The notes beneath the pieces were generated by a model that was given only the letters and a program-made list of their open reading frames with translations, searched no databases and had not been told where the DNA came from. Shown one piece after another: positions 29,815 through 43,716 of a DNA stretch of 64,000 bases. Made by a program: the position numbers and the translations under genes. Source of the stretch: Octopus vulgaris. Its lineage: Eukaryota. Numbering within the stretch: position 1 is the stretch's first letter; the number at the start of each line of letters is the position of its first letter. Location: NCBI GenBank assembly GCA_951406725.2, contig OX597820.1, forward strand, positions 84,134,001 to 84,198,000. Direction: 5' to 3'.

Positions 29815-29835
29815 CATCATCATCATCATTATTAT
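29590..29835 (+). mobile_element. Degenerate SINE B with (TTA)n/(TCA)n tail
   Basis: ttttgagttcacagccg...gtcgataaattt, followed by (TTA)n from about 29742. Confidence 0.45.
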
Positions 29836-30699
29836 TGCTGATATTTTGTTGTAGTTGTTGATGACTTTTTTTGTAGTTAAACTTATTTCAGAAATTTTGT
29901 TAGTTTTTGTTCACTTCCTTTCCAAAGAGTTGCATCGTTTTATCCTACTGTTAAACCGGCGAGAACCGTAACGGCCTGGTCGTTACTCACCCACGGGAGA
30001 AAATGTGAAAGAACAAGTATATATTTCTGGTCAAAACATAAATCTAAAAATGGCTTAAACTCAATCGTTTCACTGTAAGAGAAGAAGATGGAGGGAATCT
30101 TTTTAATGTTAAAGTGTTGTTTGTAGTCAAGGTTACACATCACACAATACTTGTAGCCTTATTAATTAGCAACATTAATAGCAGGAGCATGATAGTAACA
30201 ACAAGATTAAAATAAAACAATGAAAACGACAACGCAAACAACAACAAGAGTAACAGCAGCAACAGTAGTACCGACATTAATACCAACAACACTAACAACA
30301 AACGTGATTGCAAAAATAAATGCATATATGCATTAGCAGTGAGGATAGGTGAAACAGCCTTGTAGGTAGCAGCAGGGATATTGCTACTGTTTGCCACTGA
30401 ATAACCAGTGGCAGAGAAACGCGTTGCCACAATAAACATATCAGTACCGACAAACACTGGTAGCGCAAATGGAACCACAATCGCTATAGTGTAGAAGTAA
30501 GTTTTTAGTCAGAAATCCTGGACCAGAAGTCCTTTACCATCCGATATTGAAGCGAAAAATCTGTTCAGAATCCACTTTATACTGGCGGATTAATAATTAG
30601 TTTAATATTGCCAACATACTACCAAAACGACATTTCGGCTGGGTGGTAGGATGTATGGAACTCATGTATCCTAGCAACCCACTTGATACCAAATGTTTA

Positions 30700-31130
30700 C
30701 GAAAGGAAATTAGTTTCAGATGGGGTTCCAGAACGTGTGTCAAGTGAAAAGTGAGAGACTGGACATCATTTTCAATGTAACAGAGATGCTAGGAGTCAGT
30801 AGCTGGCCATCGGGAAGATCATCATACCAATCTCTTTGTTCGAGGTTGCCAGGTAGTTTTTGTTGGTCTGGTGGCCATAGCGAAACAAGTTATGTGGTAG
30901 AGAAAATTGAAAGAGGTGGATGAGAATAGCAAACATGGACCAAGTGAGAGTGCATGCATTGACCACGAGCTTTTAAAAATTGAAAGGGGTGATTAACAGA
31001 AGGCGTTAACTTCAGTGGTAAAGGAAACCTTGCTTTTAAAGGGTTCCCGATGTCTTCCTTCGGGGGATATTTGTTTATATTTTATTTTAACACTTTCCTT
31101 GCAGTGTCCACGTTACTCGAGTGAGTTTTA
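30700..31130 (+). mobile_element. L1/Tx1-like LINE 3' relic
   Basis: ETGHHFQC (CCHC remnant) and GLVAIAKQVMW*RKLK, parallel to the VWWT..LKG motif of the 18.3-19.2 kb relic. Confidence 0.5.
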
Positions 31131-31677
31131 GTAACTATCAAATCATTATTTCATTATTTTACCATCACCACCACCACACCACCACCACCACCACCACCAC
31201 CACCACCACCACCACCATCATCATCATTATTTTTACTTTCCGCTCTGATTTCAAATCGCCTGACCACACTCCTTAGGAATAGACTTATGCAATAAGTAAA
31301 GAATCAGTTAATAACTATGTAGATTTAATAGCGTATACTTTTCTTCAAGAAATGACCTTGTGCTTCAGTTAATAATAATTCTATTTATTAAGATATGTTC
31401 ATAATGAATCAAGTTCAATGCTAACAAGTTCACTCAATATGCTCAATTTACAAGCAGTAGTGTGTTTATTATATGTAGCACTAAACACAAATTCAATCAG
31501 TCACATAACATAATAGAGCTGAATACCGGAAAATTAAATACTCAATGGTCCTAATTAGCGAGACGGTTTCGATTAGATTTGGAAGCCATTTCACTTTAAG
31601 CTATGACTAATAATTATAACACCGAATTCCAATGTTCCCGATGTTTGTGAAAATAGTAATTTCTAACGTAGACAGTA

Positions 31678-32079
31678 TACTCTTTTACTTGTTTCAGTCA
31701 TTTGACTGCGGCCATGCTGGAGCACCGCCGCCTTTAGCCGAGCAATCGACCCCGGGACTTATTCTTTGTAAGCCCAGTACTTATTCTATCGGTCTCTTTT
31801 GCCGAACCGCAAAGTGACGGGGACGTAAACACACCAGCATCGGTCGTCAAGCTATGCTAGGGGGACAAACACAGACACATAAACACACACATACATATAT
31901 ATATATACATATATACGACAGGCTTCTCTCAGATTCCGTCTACCAAATCCACTCACAAGGCTTTGGTCGGCCCGGGGCTATAGCAGAAGACACTTGCCCA
32001 AGATGCCACGCAGTAGGACTGAACCCGGAACCATGTGGTTGGTTAGCAATCTACTTACCACACAGCCACTCCTGCGCCT
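31678..32079 (-). mobile_element. tRNA-derived SINE, family A (young, full length)
   Basis: Sense head aggcgcaggagtggctgtgtggtaag (A box) ... ccgggttcagtcct (B box), internal (TA)/(TG) tract, 3' tail gaaacaagtaaaagagt; near-identical to 33425-33836. Confidence 0.92.
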
Positions 32080-32305
32080 ATATATGTTACATATTTTATG
32101 ATGGAGGTATTGTTGAATTACTAAATTTAAAATACTTCACCTGTTTTGATGTCTAGTTGAAGAATAGATAGTGTTTGACAAACAATCTTGTTCTAGATTT
32201 TCTGTGTGCATTCAAAGTTCAAGTTTCAATCGTAATCACGTTCAACCTCTATGTTCCAGATGGTTAATGAATACAAAAGCAATTAACTAATTATATGTGT
32301 CTTCT

Positions 32306-32490
32306 AAGGCGTCGTCTTGGCAGAATTGTTAGTAATCTGGGAAAAATGCTCTGCGGTATTTCGCCCGACCTTAGGTTTCTAAGTGCGAATTCCACAGAGG
32401 TCGGCTTGGCCCTTCATCTTTTCGCGGTCGTTGTATACGATTAGTCCCCTCACACGAAACTACTGGCTTTGTGCAAACATTTTAAACCAA
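32306..32490 (+). mobile_element. tRNA-derived SINE, family B
   Basis: ttggcagaattgttag...aaatgctctgcggtatttcg...gaattccacagaggtcgg...ggctttgtgcaaacattttaaacc, followed by (CTT)/(CTTGTT)n. Confidence 0.78.
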
Positions 32491-32645
32491 CTTCTTCTTC
32501 TTCTTCTTCTTGTTCTTGTTCTTGTTCTTCTTGTTCTTGTTCTTGTTCTTGTTCTTCTTGTTCTTCTTGTTCTTGTTCTTGTTCTTCTTCTTCTTCTTCT
32601 TCTTCTTCTTCTTCTTCTTCTTCTTCTTCTTCTTTTTTCTTCTTC
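32491..32645. repeat. (CTT)n/(CTTGTT)n microsatellite
   Basis: Directly visible. Confidence 0.95.
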
Positions 32646-33276
32646 TCTTTTCTCTTCACCTTACAATCGGCTGAACATGCGTAAAGAACAAAAAAAAAAA
32701 GAAAAAAAACATCCACAGCGCAGTCTACGGCCAAATGTCAGTGGACTCTTGGGAGAATATCTAGATATCTAGCCTACAACGAAAATCGTAAAAAGGAACA
32801 AAAAAACAAAACAAAGCAATGATGCCATGTGTAGAAGACTGATGCACTTTATGGCACAGAGCAGTTCACAAAATACGAGGATGAGGAGAGCTGATTCTGA
32901 ATGCCTCAGAATATAAATTTTATGCGTAATTACATTTTCTCACGTGCTATATAAATTCTAAAATACAGGTCTCTTTACAATATTAACGATTGCTAAAAGA
33001 AAGTACAAGAGTAAAAATGTTGTGAAAGGTACACTATCGATTATATTGATCCCCCATATAGTGCATGTCGATCTGAGATGACGACAGCTAGATTCGACCT
33101 TTACTGAAATTCCTTCCTTTTCTCAGATGTTTTATCGATGCTGCTATTCTCTGTATTTTATATTATCTGATAAAACCTAGCATAATTCTAACCTAAGGAA
33201 AACAGCCTTTTCTTTTGATTCCTTATAATTCTAGCATACACATACCTACATACATACATACATACATATATAGATA

Positions 33277-33351
<75 letters not shown>

Positions 33352-33424
33352 CTGCTTGCGTGCGTCCGTACAAGCGTTTGCGTGTGCGCATGTGTATGAT
33401 ATGCGTATGTATGTATTATGTATG

Positions 33425-33835
33425 TACTCTTTTTTACTCTTTTACTTGTTTCAGTCATTTGACTGCGGCCATGCTGGAGCACCGCCTTTAGTCGATCAAA
33501 TTGACCCCGGGACTTATTCTTTGTAAGCCCAGTACTTATTCTATCGGTCTCTTTTGCCGAACCGCTAAGTGACGGGGACGTAAACACACCAGCATCGGTT
33601 GTCAAGCAATGCTAGGGGACAAACACAGACACATAACCCCCCCCCATACACATACACACATATATATATACATATATACGACAGGCTTCTTTCAGTTTCC
33701 GTCTACCAAATCCACTCACAAGGCTTTGGTCGGCCCGGGGCTATAGCAGAAGACACTTGCCCAACATGCCACGCAGTGGGACTGAACCCGGAACCATGTG
33801 GTTGGTAAACAAGCTACTTACCACACAGCCACTCC

Positions 33836-33836
<1 letters not shown>
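33425..33836 (-). mobile_element. tRNA-derived SINE, family A (young, full length)
   Basis: Sense head aggagtggctgtgtggtaagtagc...ccgggttcagtcccactgcgtggc; tail aagtaaaagagtaaaaaagagta. Confidence 0.92.
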
Positions 33837-33878
<42 letters not shown>

Positions 33879-36800
33879 CTCCAATTGAAAAGGGCTTATG
33901 AATACAGGTATACACACCAAATAAATATTGTCCACATTTCTTTATACCATTCGATAAGTTTAACCCCTAGAGTAAGCCTATTTCTGTATCTCCACTCACG
34001 TTGTCGATAATTGATATAAAGCTAGCAAATTTTACATTATAAAACTTATAGCCTCTTAAGTCACCTTCCAACTGTTATGTGCTTATGGATTTCAAAGACA
34101 TCGTAACATAATTACACACTGAATTATAGGGTTTATTTGATTTGGTCGTTTTGCTTAAAACCCATTTTCCTTCGCTTGTACAAAGCAATATCACTTTCAT
34201 ATGGAAGGCATTAAACACGCCACTGGAATCTAACGTAACTTTAATCACCGTTTGTTCAGTCCAATTTGATGGATGATTAACAGTAACGGTTGAACATCAG
34301 AGCGCTGAATCAAGAGAATATTTAGTGAATCGTACAGATTGTCAACTAGATTTAGTTATAACGACTTGAAGTTTTGGTTTGGAATATCATCAGGTTCAAT
34401 AAATGAATTTCGTTTCCGTGGTATACATTATAAATCCCAGTAAAAAATGATATTCATGAAATCTAGTGCGTTCAACTTCCGACTGCGAAGTTTTTTGTAT
34501 ATGCTGAAAAGATATCAATGTTTATTGCAGGTTTAGTACTGTTCCCAGCCAATGAACTACGTACTTGCTTGGTACGTAGAAGTCAGGACAGAAGTGTTAA
34601 TGGAAAGGAATATGCAATTAAAATATTTTATGAATATGCAATTAAAATCTCGATCATGGACAATGTTTGCTCTAATAATTTGATATGGTTCTCCAAACAA
34701 ATTTTTCCATGCGATTAAGCTTCCTCCATTAAAGATTTACATTTCGATTTCAATATAAAGATTATGAGGGCGCACGCTTTTCCTTTGTTGATCTTACTGC
34801 AAAATGTATGCGCACCCACAAGTTCTTAGCTTAGAGGGTATGACATGGATCAAACTAGTGTTAGTCACACAAGTTGTCTAGTAATTTACTCTTAAAATTA
34901 TAAGGAATTATTCGTAGTTATTAAAATGAAAATATTCAAAATATTATGTCCAGTGTCTGAATTCTTGGTATTATTTTATTTTCTGTCATCCCCCCGCCCC
35001 GCCCCAAAATGAAGCTAGTTGAGTCTCTTCATTGTCGGTTAAATTTCAGTGAAGAACATAAAAATACAACAGAAACACAATATATTTCTCTGCATACCGA
35101 TATACTTAAAGAAAAGCAATGATATATAGCTTCAATTTAATTACATAATGGATTTTCTATTTTTTTTTTGCATTTATATAATTAAATGTGTACATATGTG
35201 TGAGCAGCGCATAGAATCCTTGTGTGAGAGATTAGTGAAATCGGTGTTTATCACAGTTAAATTATAATGTAGGTGATTAACATTTTAAATGCTAATAAAA
35301 GAGATTAAACAACACCTATTTTACGTTATAATGACCTCTATGTCAATAATTAAATACCTGTGCTGTGGTATTTAAATAACTATAATAAATGATTACAATG
35401 AAAGCATGAATGAATAACTAGAAAAAAGGACAGAGAGAAGAAACAGAATTCATCCACTGTACATTTTACTTTCTTCTTTACTTGTGTTAGAAATATTAGC
35501 TTTGAAAATTTAAATGCAACTCTCCCTTACATTAAATATAAGCGTAACCATAGATAAGGACTATGGCATAGATGTTTCAGTTTTCTAGTTTCATTACTTT
35601 AAAGGAAATATCGAGGCTTTTATGACGTACTAAGACACTTAAATAGGCATCCTCACAGGGTTGCAATCCAATGACTAGCGGCAGTAAAATAATAATACCA
35701 TATATAATATATTTCTTTGTTCTCCGAACACTTCTCGTTATGTGGATTGAAAAACGTCGAAGTCATAAACTATATTATTGCAGGCCAGGTCAGCTTGTAC
35801 TGCTACAGGCATTACAACCAGAAAAACACTCGAGTTTACTAAGCGAAAAGTCTGTGTGAACGAGAAAACTAGGTTTAAAAGCAACATCTATCACGTAGTG
35901 GAAATAATTTCCACAGACAGTAGAGGGAAAAGAGACACACGTACCCTGAAGGAGATATCTATTTAAGCATTATCTGCACAAACGACATTGTTAGCTGCGG
36001 ATTTCGGATGGATTATGTGCTTGTAAAAGATTTATATACAAAATATCCAATGGAAAGAATTAAATTAGTAGTGAAATGATAATCTGCTAACTTGGAATGC
36101 AGTCCTCCCGAGCATTGTGGAATATTGTCTTCTGAATGGCAAACTAGTTTGGAAGTAAATAGGTAAGTTATATTACATGAGATGACGTAGAATAGGGCAG
36201 GGCAGAATGGGATTAGGTTGTTATAAGTGATCTTAGGAAGCAAATGTTATCATTGTAATAGAGAGGTCTACAGGGAACAACTAGTTAGAATGTGTTTTGT
36301 TTTTATTCTGCTAAGTGGGATGGAAGAGGAAATGTTGGTTTTTGTTTTAATCATTTCCCAATGGTTTTATTCTCGCGGGTCATACACACCCATCTACATA
36401 CTCATATTTACATACAAGCTTAGAAATAAAAATACATGGAGAAACAGGCATGAATATGCATACGAACACATACACCATACAATAGTATACGTATTCACAC
36501 GCTCATACATACTCGGACACACAAGTACACATGCATGAATATATGCTTACATACATTTACACACAAACACACGCACATTCACTATCTCCCTGCTTGGTGT
36601 CAACCCATCAATTATTCAACAGATGCTTTCCGTTTTGCTCCAGCAGACACGTTACAGAGGGAGAGAGATATAAAGAGAATGAGAAAGAGAGAGAGGAGAG
36701 AGAGAGAGAAAAGTGAGAGAGAGAGAGGAAGACGATTAGGATGAGGCAGATGAGAGAGAAAGAGCCGTCCTCGCAGGTGTTACATGAACCATCATATTAA

Positions 36801-37306
36801 AATATGAAACCCATCTCTGCATGTGACTTCTGACTGGATACACACCAACGAACCTGCAATCACACAGATAGCATCAAATCTCTCTCTATCTGTCTGTATC
36901 TCTCTCTCCCTCTATCTCCCCTCTCTCTATCTCTCTCTTTTTCTCGATGTTTGTGAGTAACATAGAAAGAGAGAGAGAGAGGGGGGGAGCGATAGAGATA
37001 AACAGACACAAACACACAATTATACACTCATAAATCGAATCCTATACATGCGCACATATATCTCAGTTTCCTACTCACATTTTCACTATAATTGTGTGAG
37101 TGTTTCTCATGAACTATACACGATGACCGCCGTGGTGTTCTACAACTGAAACTGAAAGTATAATACGTAGAATATAAACGGCTTATGCATGCTTGGATAA
37201 TCAACGCTCCTCATATATGCATTCGCACACAGGCACAGCATGTACATACAAAACCACTACGCATATGCACTGACACTCATATATGATTGGATGTTTGCAT
37301 GTGATC

Positions 37307-37366
<60 letters not shown>

Positions 37367-38657
37367 GAATTCTGTCTATCTCTTCTGAGACAAATTAATT
37401 TATTTTCCCAACACAATTTAATTTAACATTTCCACGCAATGAGCATGGTAACTCATCACTTATAAATTATTTCATGAACCGACCATAATGTCCTGGACTC
37501 TATGGTGCCTGCGAATGAGACATAATATCGATATTTCATAGCGCTCTAACGTTCAGCAATACTAAACAACACAGTAAACCCTACCAGTTTCAAGCTAATC
37601 AGTCCACAGAAAGATTTGAACTTCTTGATGTACGGTAAGAACACTTATGTGTTGTATCATTCTCCTGTTCCCAACACTGAACAACGTTGCTTACATCTTG
37701 CGGAAGCAGCTAATACTCAAAGAAAGATCAAGTCTATAACTGTAAGGCATGACACTTTAAAGCATCCACAATGGGAACAATTTTCTTTTAGAAATACGAT
37801 CAACTATTTGGTATAAAAGATAACAATGATGGCATAGGTTTCTGCTTAACACCAATAGGGAGGAAAGAGAGCATTTCAAGCAGCGAGGAATATCTGTAGT
37901 TTCTCTTCTACTTACACTGTAAGAGACGCTACTATCTGGAAATAAATAAAATGATTATGCAGTGATAACCAGAAATATTCTTAAAAAAAAAAAGAGTAAA
38001 TTTTTTGCAGTGGTAAACAAAAATATTCTTGGCTGCAGCAGAACAAATTTTACGTTTCTCCTTTATTTAACAATGACATGTTTTTCTTTTTTACCTGCAT
38101 AGTAAAAGAGTTACTGCATTCATTTGAAATGAGTTGAGTAGATAATATAATAATGTTTTAACTCTACAGGCTGGAGACGGAGGATGGAATAGTTTGATGA
38201 TAAATCAAATTCATATATAGTAAGGAAGTAAAATTAATGAAATCGTAAGTTTTAAATAAGAATAAATGACTGTACCACTGTTGAGAACGAAACACAGTTT
38301 ACTAAAGTCTCATATCAAGGCAAAGTAATAGGATATTGTGACAAGCATGACGATCAAAGAGGAATTAAAAAGTACAAACAACGTTACGGATTTCGCAATT
38401 TGTGTTAGCGCCCTCTCAAATAAAATGTTTTCATGTGTTGACTTTGTACTGGCTAAACATTGAATGTATATCACCTTGAAATAATTGGAATGTATTTCAT
38501 CCAAAAACGCTTCCGTCCTTGTAAACAGCATTGCATAAACATATGTGCACTTAAACAACTCAGGACTCCCATACGCTCTATTTTCTCTGACTCTCTGTCT
38601 CTATCTTTGACTTTCTTTCTTTCTTCCTTACCTTCTTTGTTTGTTTGTTTATTTATT

Positions 38658-38693
<36 letters not shown>

Positions 38694-39637
38694 ACTCTTA
38701 CACACACATGCACACATACGCACACACACACATTTATTTGAATGAGTTTGTTATTATATACTTTTCCTATAGAAATATGCGTAGGCAACAAATAGTGAAC
38801 GAAAACAGATTCATCATATTTTTGTCTTCTCGCTCATAAATCAAGTCACAGCTAATTCGCTTGTAATATCTATGTTAAAATATTTGCCGATACACACAAA
38901 CACACACACAAATACCCTCGCACACTTATATAATTATGCTCCAAAATATGTATCCATCTTCTCCGCACGCTATTCCCTTTAGGATCCCCAGGTACCTCAT
39001 CCTTAGAGATGCATTGAAAATTTCGGTTGAATTCCCAAACCTTGACTATAGTCTATGAATATTATTCAATCATCGCGTTTTCAGTCTTTCACTAGGTACC
39101 TATCAGTTTGAACGGGTTGAAGATTCCCTCTAATGTCGCATTCCTGCGACATTCCAATTGTGTTGCCATGTACCTGCGCTGAGAATTCTCAATGTGGTAA
39201 ATGTCGCGGCTGAAACTAGAAAAAACGCTTAGTCTCCGAGTTACATACCATGTCAAGTAGATTTATGCAAGAGATTTTTCGGAGGAATCACATTTGGGCT
39301 GCATATATTCGCAATCGTACTCTTTTGGTCATTCCCCAAGGTTCATGAATTTAGCTGAAAATAAACACAAAGACTGAATTAAAGATTGTAAGTTTGGCAT
39401 TTTTTACCAACTTTCTGAGTACTGAATGCTGAAACTGGGGTATTACTCTAGAAGGACATAAAATCTACCCACCCCCAGATCAGCATCCCGCCACTTATCA
39501 CACATGAATACGGCAGCGATACGATTAAATTTAATCACTTTTCTCTCTACCAACTTATCCACTAATAGGAAAGTGCACTGCGAAGACTTTTTTGGAGAAC
39601 AGCAATGTCTCAGTCTTCGCATTTAGCGTATGCTCTA

Positions 39638-39708
39638 TGTATGTATGTATGTATATATGTATGTGTGTGTATACTCGCGCGTTGGTCTTACACACACACA
39701 CACACATA

Positions 39709-39764
<56 letters not shown>

Positions 39765-39783
39765 TGTGTGTATATATATGTAT

Positions 39784-39871
<88 letters not shown>

Positions 39872-39912
39872 ATTTTCGTTTGTATGTTTCTTAGTTATAT
39901 ATATATATATAT
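39638..39912. repeat. (TA)/(CA)/(TG) compound microsatellite
   Basis: Directly visible. Confidence 0.95.
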
Positions 39913-40810
39913 GCACAAATGTACTCATAAAATTATGTTTCATAATTATAATTAATCCAAATTTTACAAATCAACCTAATATATCAGCATATATAAAATT
40001 ATCGTCACAAAGAATAAAGACAATATAAATTTACTTGGAAATCAAGCAGCGAAAGTATAGTGAAATTCTGTCAACATCTGAAGGATTCAGAGGTTAATCA
40101 AACGTCATTGAAGTAACCCCTTTCTTGTTTTAACTTGCTTCATTGGTTGATAAAAAGGAATTCGTAGAGTGATTACTTAGTTGTACATTAACGATATTGC
40201 CAAAGAATTAGTTGGAATCTTCTGTTAAATCAACTGTGCGAATGGATTTTAGCTTACGCTTGACTGCTCTCAACCTTAGATAAGCCATTATACTAACACA
40301 CACACACATGTTAATTTCATGAAACCATTATGTTTTCAGCGAAAACGAGCGAAACAATTATACTTGGTATTTCAAGTAATATATATTTGTATGAAGGGCA
40401 TTGGATGTGAGAAATGGCAGATGCTAATGTAACATTGAGGTAGAAGCTGGATTTAAGGTAATGTTCGGTGTTGATGAATATAGAATTAATGTTGGCTGTG
40501 AAAAGGTATAGATTTTGAATGTAAGGTATTGTATGCGAATAAGTGTAGATTTTGGATGTGAAACAGGGGTAAACGGGAGTGCGAAAAATGAATATGGGAG
40601 TAATCCGATACGGTTACACATTGATATCTGAAATGAAGTCGCTCCTGTGTGTATGAAAGGAGTAGGTATAGAGAATAAAACGTAATTTAGAATTTGGTTA
40701 TATTCATTTACAGTTTAATATAATGCCAGTATGACCCACTTTACCCTACATTCCTCATTAATATTATTGTCATCACTGGCAACATAACTAGCATCATTGT
40801 CAATATTAAA

Positions 40811-41022
40811 GCAGCGAAGTAGCAGAATCGTCAGCACGCTGGACGAAATGCTTGGCGGCATTTGTCCATCCTTACGTTCTGAGTTCAAAATTCCGCCGAG
40901 GTCGACTTTGCTTTTCATCCTTTCGGAGTCAATAAAATAAGTTTCAGTTGAGTACTGGGGTCGATGTAATCGACTAACTCCCTGTTCCTAAGTTACTGGC
41001 CTTCCGCTAAAATTTGAAACCA
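40811..41022 (+). mobile_element. tRNA-derived SINE, family B (well preserved)
   Basis: gcagaatcgtcagcacgctggacgaaatgcttggcggcattt...ttacgttctgagttcaaaattccgccgaggtcgactttgcttttcatcctttcgg...ctggggtcgatgtaatcgact...aaaatttgaaacc. Confidence 0.9.
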
Positions 41023-41739
41023 ATTGCATTGTCGTTACTTAACCATTAGTCTAATATAAATGCTGATATCGTTGTCAACCTTACCAAATCGCTCTCACAG
41101 TTCCAAATACAGTAGTCGTCTCTATCAGCCTACATTCGCTGCAAAAATATTGTCAACCTCTTCGTGAATATACTTTAAATCGCTGCAACAATTTCCGTTA
41201 TCGTTGTATAAACATTGCCGAGTTCACTTTCAACAGAGTTGTCATCGTCGTTACCATTATTACCATTGTTACCATTTTCTTCAGAGACTATACAAGTATT
41301 GCTGTCATCACTGTCAATATAATTGTCATCATATTTGTTGTCATTTATGTCATCATTGTCATAAGATGTTGATTCTATCGTCAGAAGAATGTTGATTCTA
41401 TCGTCAGTGTGGTAATTAGTAGTAATATTTCTGCTGCTACTATTGCTGTTGTTGTTACTGTTATTGTTTTCATGTTCTTAATACTGATACTGCCGTTGCA
41501 TGGCAGAATATGAGTGCTGAAATCGGTTCCTCGTTCGAAACCTCACAATTTTCTCTCTCTTACTGGACGATCGACTAAGACGAAGACATTCTGAATATCA
41601 TTTATTTTCTTATAAACATTTTTTATCCTTTAAAATTGTGCACTGTAGACATAGCGGTTGATGAGTCACTTATGGTCGACTAAGAAACAAATTATAACAG
41701 TAAAGTCAACAAATGCAAACTGAAACTCACAAACAAACA

Positions 41740-42910
41740 AACAAAAATATCTAATCTGCATTATGTGGATGGCATAATACTGTGTACAAGAAATTTTCAA
41801 CACCAGGATTCTCCATCCCAATTATTGATATTATTCAGCATGGAAGATTGAATCAAGTTTGGGGTAAATATGTGTGCAGTGTTAATTATAAAGAGCTGTC
41901 GAAAGATAAATTCTTATGGTATAAAATTATCAGAAAGCAACTGCATCAGTTTGCTTAGGAGGGAGAGAGGCATCTAGGAGTGCTACTAAACGATAAAATA
42001 ATGGAAGGAGACTTGAGAGGAGAAATTTTCCAGATATTACAAGAGAGGAATTAGGAATATGTACGAAACAAAAGTTAAAATGAAGGAAAATTATCAGAGC
42101 AATAAATTTATGAGCTACGCCAAATATTAAGGTAGTTTGATGCCTTTCTAAAATGGACAAATATCGTATTACTGAACATCGAAAGAACTAGGAAGCCGCT
42201 CAAAATGCACAACGCACATCACACTATTAGAAATACCTATAGTCTTTACCTACCAAAAAACAAAGAAGGCAGAGGAATGCAAAAGGCAGAAGAGAGCATT
42301 AATACTGTGATACTGGAGTTGTAAAACTATATTGGTTTATTGTAAAACTATATTGTTTCATTGCGTATAGTTGTAAAACTATACGCAGTGAAAAGTAATA
42401 ACATTATCTGGCTAGAAATGTCTAAATAGTTACTGAGACAGTAGGGATACTCAAGAAGGGAAGGTAAAAACAGTAGAAGTAACTGGAAACAGAATAAATT
42501 ATATGTCTAATTCATACAACAAAACTAAGGATACTGGAAGAAAAGAATTCTTGCTGTAGCTAACGTACAGAAACATGAGAAGAATTAATAAAGCTATAAT
42601 TACAGCCGCATGAGAACAAGCCATTAGAACGAATTCCATAAACACATACATAGATAAAATTCAGTGAGAGAGCAAATGGACAATTTTAGGGAAGTAAATG
42701 AAAGTATTAAGAATTTCTTGAATGAATGCAGAAGACATGCCCTGGAAGAGAATAAGGGTAGGTATGATTGTTGAAAGAAAAGAATGAATTGGGTCGTAGT
42801 CAAATGTGATGCAACAAATTAACAGAACTATCGTATATACACGGACCAGATGCTAAAAATAAAGAATAAAGATTTCAGGAGTGTATGGAACTTCCTCATA
42901 AATAAGAAAT
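41740..42910 (+). mobile_element. Old R4/Dong-type non-LTR retrotransposon relic (RT C-terminal half to zinc knuckle)
   Basis: SNLHYVDGIILC (= HLLYMDDLKL), IKFGVNMCAVL (= FGLDKCA), IIRAINL, RTRKPLKMHNAHH...LYLPKNKEGRG, AA*EQAIRTNSI..YIDK and NESI...EC..A.EE.KGRYD (= ET..H...C / RHD). Confidence 0.8.
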
Positions 42911-43292
42911 GCAATTCACCGAAGTCTTATCACCATCATCGTTTTTATCATCATCATTATCATCGTCATCGTCGTCGCCGCCGCCGTCATAATCATCGTT
43001 ATGAGCAGCATAACCATCATTATCAACCAGTATTATCAGGAGCAGCTTTACTACATTTTGTCATCATTATATATCCTCCGATTCATCAATTAAGCTAACA
43101 GTGACTATTTCTACGCTGCAAACATTTGCAGAATATCGATACATCCGAACTTTATGAGTTATTGGATAATTCATGCAACTCACTCGTACACAATGACTAC
43201 TATACGTGCTTTCAAAAAACAAAAATAAAAAAAAGCGTACGTTCACATACATACATGTATTCATATCGACTCCGATACACATACACAAACAC

Positions 43293-43353
<61 letters not shown>

Positions 43354-43522
43354 CAAGTACATAATTAATAAGACAAATCCCCTCTTAGTTATTAATCCCT
43401 CCGCCCAACACACAAGCACGTGAAAACACTCATATACTCATACGATTAAATTAAAATTTTATACTAATTAATAGTCACTCGTGGTCTGTCTGTAACTCTT
43501 TCTATAATAATAATAATAATAA

Positions 43523-43716
43523 TCTTTTCTACAATAGGCACAAGACCTAAAAGTTTAGGAGAGGGGGAACGATCTATTTCACCGACCCCAGTGGTCACCT
43601 GGTACATATTTTATCGACCCCGAAAGCATGAAAGGGAAAGTCATCCTCAGCGTAATTTGAACTTAGAACATATAGCCGGACAAAATGTCGCTAAGGGCAT
43701 TGTCCAGCATGCTAAC
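43523..43716 (-). mobile_element. tRNA-derived SINE, family B
   Basis: Reverse complement: gttagcatgctggacaatgcccttagcgacattt...ttctaagttcaaattacgctgagg...ggggtcgataaaat...ttgtgcctattgtagaaaag, with the (ATT)n tail at 43505-43523. Confidence 0.82.

Noticed and set aside
30140-30478. 112-aa hydrophobic ORF
   Set aside because: Derived from a decayed (AAC/AGC) trinucleotide tract; no recognisable domain or splice support.
31990-32079. tRNA genes at the SINE heads (also 33750-33836, 27716-27790 and 23675-23740)
   Set aside because: They have A/B boxes but run into SINE bodies, with no clear cloverleaf or acceptor stem; they are SINE heads.
39132-39153. Perfect 9-bp hairpin aatgtcgca-ttcc-tgcgacatt
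   Set aside because: Isolated, with no CTRR Helitron end or TIR partner identified; too short to assign.
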